From assembly GCA_964343275.1 (NCBI GenBank), contig CAYFIY010000004.1, positions 1 through 55,723 on the forward strand: a stretch of 55,723 nt of DNA. Reading direction: 5' to 3'. The notes under the pieces were generated by a model. That model was not told where the DNA came from. It saw nothing but the letters and a program-made list of their open reading frames with translations, and ran no database searches. The position numbers and the translations under genes are program-made. Position 1 is the stretch's first letter, and the number at the start of each line of letters is the position of its first letter. Of this stretch, positions 52,173 through 55,723 are shown in pieces. This stretch comes from Candidatus Hadarchaeota archaeon (GTDB taxonomy: Archaea; Hadarchaeota; Hadarchaeia; Hadarchaeales; Hadarchaeaceae).

Positions 52173-53435
52173 ATGGGAAAGCCACACATGAACTTAATAA
52201 CAATAGGACACGTGGATCACGGTAAGTCCACACTATTGGGTAGGATGTTCTACGAGAAGGGATTTGTTAGGGAGGACGATATCAAGAAGTTTGAAGCGCT
52301 CGGCGAAAAGGGTAAGACTTTCAAGTTCGCTTGGGTCATGGATGCCTTAAAAGAGGAACGCGAGCGAGGTTTGACGATTGATCTGGCCCACAAAAAGTTT
52401 GAAACTGGTAAATATTACTTCACTGTAATAGACGCACCCGGTCATCGCGATTTTGTTAAGAACATGATAACTGGTGCCAGTCAAGCCGATGCAGCAGTCT
52501 TGGTGGTAGCCGCAGACGACGGGATAATGCCACAGACTAGGGAACACGCAGCTCTGGCCTTCACGCTTGGTATTGGCCAGCTTGTAGTAGCGATAAACAA
52601 GATGGACGTTGTAGGATACAAAGAGGATATTTTCAACAAAATCAAAGGTGAGATTACTGATCTCCTTAAGGCCGTTGGCTATAAGGACCCCGAGAAATTT
52701 ATATTCGTTGCGACATCGGCTTTCCACGGTGAAAACGTGGTGAAACGCGGTGAGAGCGTGAAATGGTACACTGGACCAATATTCTACGAGGCGCTGGACA
52801 GTTTTACTATACCACCTAAACCGGTTGACAAACCGCTGAGAGTTCCAGTTCAGGATGTATATTCGATTACCGGTGTCGGAACAGTACCCGTGGGCAGAGT
52901 TGAAACAGGCATAATAAAAATTGGGGAGTCCATAGTTTTCGAGCCAGCCGGAGTGACTGGTGAAGTCAAGTCTATTGAAATGCACCACGAGCAAGTCCAG
53001 CAGGCTGAGCCCGGAGATAACATAGGGTTCAACGTTCGCGGTGTAGATAAGACTACTATAAGACGTGGGGATGTCATCGGTCATTCAAAGGCACCACCAA
53101 CTGTTGTAAAAGAATTTACTGCTAGGGTGGCCATACTGCAGCATCCGACTGCCGTCACTGCTGGTTACACGCCGGTTTTTCACGCGCATACAACCCAAGT
53201 AGCTTGTACCATCTCCGAGATTAGCCAGAAGTTGGACCCGAAGTCTGGCGAAGTTGTGCAGGATAAGCCTGAGTTCATAAAGAAGGGAGATTTGGCGACA
53301 ATCAAGATTATACCTACAAAACCCATGGTTCTAGAAAAAGCAGCAGATATCCCGCAGTTGAGTCGATTCGCCGTGAGAGATATGGGGATGACTGTAGCAG
53401 CCGGCGTATGCGTCGATCTGACCCAGGGCAAGTAA
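52173..53435 (+). CDS. tuf: Elongation factor 1-alpha
   Basis: [38 protein letters not shown]. Confidence 0.98.
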   Translation: MGKPHMNLITIGHVDHGKSTLLGRMFYEKGFVREDDIKKFEALGEKGKTFKFAWVMDALKEERERGLTIDLAHKKFETGKYYFTVIDAPGHRDFVKNMITGASQADAAVLVVAADDGIMPQTREHAALAFTLGIGQLVVAINKMDVVGYKEDIFNKIKGEITDLLKAVGYKDPEKFIFVATSAFHGENVVKRGESVKWYTGPIFYEALDSFTIPPKPVDKPLRVPVQDVYSITGVGTVPVGRVETGIIKIGESIVFEPAGVTGEVKSIEMHHEQVQQAEPGDNIGFNVRGVDKTTIRRGDVIGHSKAPPTVVKEFTARVAILQHPTAVTAGYTPVFHAHTTQVACTISEISQKLDPKSGEVVQDKPEFIKKGDLATIKIIPTKPMVLEKAADIPQLSRFAVRDMGMTVAAGVCVDLTQGK

Positions 53436-53484
53436 ACAAATCTTTTATAGATTCCCCCCCCCAATATTTAGGGTTGGGATTGAA

Positions 53485-53793
53485 TTGCAGAAGGCGCGTA
53501 TCAAGCTATCGAGCAGCGACTCCATAAAGTTGGGCGAGGTGTGTAATCAGATTGCTGGGATAGCGGAAAGAGTAGGAATCAAAATTTCAGGACCAGTCCC
53601 GCTTCCGACCCGGCGGATAGTGATACCTACCAGAAAGGCTCCAGATGGTGAAGGCACCATCACTTGGGACAGGTGGGAGCTTAGGATTCATAAGCGTCTT
53701 ATCGACATGCAAGCGGACGAGCGGGCTATGCGACAGATTATGCGCGTTCAGGTACCTGAAGAAGTTTCAATCGCTATCGAGCTTAGGACTTGA
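53485..53793 (+). CDS. rps10: 30S ribosomal protein S10
   Basis: [28 protein letters not shown]. Confidence 0.97.
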   Translation: MQKARIKLSSSDSIKLGEVCNQIAGIAERVGIKISGPVPLPTRRIVIPTRKAPDGEGTITWDRWELRIHKRLIDMQADERAMRQIMRVQVPEEVSIAIELRT

Positions 53794-53812
53794 ACGATTA
53801 CCGGATGCAGTT

Positions 53813-54592
53813 CTAGGTGAGCGATTCTTCTCTTATAATCTTATCAAAAAGCAATCTTGGGTCTGGGATTTTCCAACCGATTTTTTTAAAATATCTGGTC
53901 AAATTTGAGAGGTCGCGCATAAGCATTTCATGGGCGCTAGGATTTTTGACATCGGTAGCCATGGAGAAATCAATGATAATCGGTTCAGGTGATAGCATGA
54001 CGTTGTATTCGCTCAAATCAGAGTGTACGAGTCCAGCTCTTTGATAAAGTGTTTTGGTTACGTCGAATAATTTTTCAAAAGTTTTTCTTGGTGCTTGGAG
54101 TTTCACATTTTTCATAGTAGGGTAGGGCACCCCACTTTCCCCTATGAACTCCATGGCGAGCACATTTTTCTCGTGATCGATTGGCCTGGGAACTGAGATC
54201 CCCGCTTGATCTGCTCGTTGTAGGTTCTTGAATTCTCGTGAAACCCAACTGTAAATTACTCCTCTTCGGTCATTCGGAACTCTGCGGAAGCGAGAGTCTC
54301 CCGATAGATAACGGCGCATGGTTTTGAAGTTGGACGTGTCTATCCTGTAAATTTTCGCAGCCACAAAGTTACCTTTTTTGTCAATAGCACAGTATATGTC
54401 CGCTTCCTTCCCTGCTGAAATGGTTCCATAGAATACATCAAATACTTCCCTGTTGATGAGGCGGTAGAGGGCAAGTAAAGTCGAGCTGTCGAACACCCTA
54501 GCCATGATTTTATATGTTTCAGAATCTTTTTCTAAGCGATCAGTCTTTCTATGTTCTAGCTTATTCAGAATCACTTCTAAATCATCTTTCAA
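53813..54592 (-). CDS. rio1: RIO1 kinase
   Basis: ISAGKEA, KIYR, YLSGD.RF, W..REF.NL, LVHSDLSEYN, IDFS. Confidence 0.95.
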   Translation of the reverse strand: MKDDLEVILNKLEHRKTDRLEKDSETYKIMARVFDSSTLLALYRLINREVFDVFYGTISAGKEADIYCAIDKKGNFVAAKIYRIDTSNFKTMRRYLSGDSRFRRVPNDRRGVIYSWVSREFKNLQRADQAGISVPRPIDHEKNVLAMEFIGESGVPYPTMKNVKLQAPRKTFEKLFDVTKTLYQRAGLVHSDLSEYNVMLSPEPIIIDFSMATDVKNPSAHEMLMRDLSNLTRYFKKIGWKIPDPRLLFDKIIREESLT

Positions 54593-54602
54593 ATAATGCC
54601 TC

Positions 54603-54899
54603 CTACTCCCAGAGGCCCCTCCTTCTTAACGCATCCAACTGAGCTCTTTTATAGCGGTACTTTATATCCCCTCGTTTATCTCCCTGTACCACCCACGGTC
54701 GCACGGTGACCACGTCTCCTTCGCGTACCCACAATCGCTTACGTATCTTTCCAGGAATCCTGCAGTTTCTCACAAAACCGTCCTTACACCGCACGCAGAG
54801 GCGGTCGAAGCCGAACATTTGTTCGACCACGCCGAGAACTTCTCCAGGACGTGGCAACTGGATGCGCTCTACTTCTTCGTTGTGGCTCGTTGGTACCAT
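54603..54899 (-). CDS. eif1a: Translation initiation factor aIF-1A
   Basis: LP..GEVLG.V, C.DG..R.CRIPGK..KRLWVREGD, DI.YRY. ATG 54899 follows GGAGG. Confidence 0.95.
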   Translation of the reverse strand: MVPTSHNEEVERIQLPRPGEVLGVVEQMFGFDRLCVRCKDGFVRNCRIPGKIRKRLWVREGDVVTVRPWVVQGDKRGDIKYRYKRAQLDALRRRGLWE

Positions 54900-55723
54900 T
54901 TTTTCCCTCCTAATTTTCGATCCCAAAGTAGGCGGTTGACTCCATTTAGCATAGCTTGCACACTGGCCATGATAATATCTCCGTTCGTGCCCCTTGCTGT
55001 CACTATTCTCCTGCCATCGGTGAGCTTCACCACCACACTGACGACTGCATCAGTTCCACCTGAGATGGCGTCCACATGATACTCCTGCAAACGGATGTTA
55101 GAAATTCCACCTACTACCCTGCTTATGGCGTTCATGACCGAATCTACTGGGCCTACGCCTATTCCCGATTCCACGAAGTCCTTGTTTCTACACTTTATTT
55201 TCACCGAAGAGGTTGGAGTAACGCGGTTGCCGCTTACCACTGTGAGTTCTTCTAGCTTCACAGTTTCCTTGAACTCCTGACCCATTACTGCATCCACGAT
55301 CGCTCGAAGTTCAGTGTCCGTTACCATCTTCCCCCTGTCACCGAGGCGCTTTACCTGCTCGGATATTTCACCAATTTGTCTCCTACTCGGGCTTAGGTCC
55401 ATTCGTTTTAGTTCGTTCTCAATCGTGTGGGCACCGGAGAACTTACCGAAGACTAGCTTCCGTTTTTGGCCTACCGTTTCAGGAGGTACCGGCTCGTAAG
55501 TTGAGGGATGAGCAAGAACTCCGTGAGTGTGTATTCCTGCACCATGTGTGAAGGCGTTTTCACCCACCACAGGTTTAGTTGGCGATAATGGCATTCCGGT
55601 TATCCTCTCCACCAAATTTGAAACTTTGTAGAGCTGCTTCAGTTTGACACCGGTTTTATAACCGTAGAGTTTGAACAGAGCTGACATAACCTCTTCCAGA
55701 GCTGCGTTCCCACCTCGTTCACC
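54869..55723 (-). CDS. 2-isopropylmalate / citramalate synthase, C-terminal part (runs off the window)
   Basis: GERGGNAALEE, KPVVGENAFTH.AGIH.HG, YEP..PE.VG, GVGPVD regulatory domain. LeuA versus CimA not resolvable from this fragment. Confidence 0.9.
   Translation of the reverse strand, partial: GERGGNAALEEVMSALFKLYGYKTGVKLKQLYKVSNLVERITGMPLSPTKPVVGENAFTHGAGIHTHGVLAHPSTYEPVPPETVGQKRKLVFGKFSGAHTIENELKRMDLSPSRRQIGEISEQVKRLGDRGKMVTDTELRAIVDAVMGQEFKETVKLEELTVVSGNRVTPTSSVKIKCRNKDFVESGIGVGPVDSVMNAISRVVGGISNIRLQEYHVDAISGGTDAVVSVVVKLTDGRRIVTARGTNGDIIMASVQAMLNGVNRLLWDRKLGGKKWYQRATTKK

Overview
Archaeal chromosomal window. Unsplit rpoB, split rpoA, L14e/L30e/L32e/L34e and fusA detached from rps7-tuf suggest a Hadarchaeota/Thermococci-related lineage (inference only). 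0-12.4 kb is housekeeping: Ca2+-type P-ATPase, PiT and DUF47, NOB1, NAD kinase, aIF5A, panB, top6BA and a KH protein. It also holds two small genes missed by the ORF track: a short histone-fold protein and a ribbon-helix-helix gene with 9-bp repeats upstream of top6B. 13.2-20.4 kb is an accessory patch after tRNA-Ser(UGA): a pseudogene, a PD-(D/E)XK+EVE nuclease, HAD, MFS, SDR and TlpA-CcdA. 20.5-53.8 kb carries archease-rtcB, the S10/spc ribosomal superoperon, tRNA-Ser(GGA), rps13-4-11, tRNA-Lys, the RNA polymerase genes, and rps12-rps7-tuf-rps10. The window ends with rio1, aIF1A and a partial leuA/cimA. Most striking: (1) the start-codon fidelity factor aIF1/SUI1 has no ATG/GTG/TTG start and appears to initiate at ATC, suggesting infC/eIF1-like autoregulation; (2) SecY has three Dx[DN]GNG Ca-binding-type repeats inserted next to its plug, and the neighbouring DUF106 insertase has a signal peptide and an extra extracellular domain.
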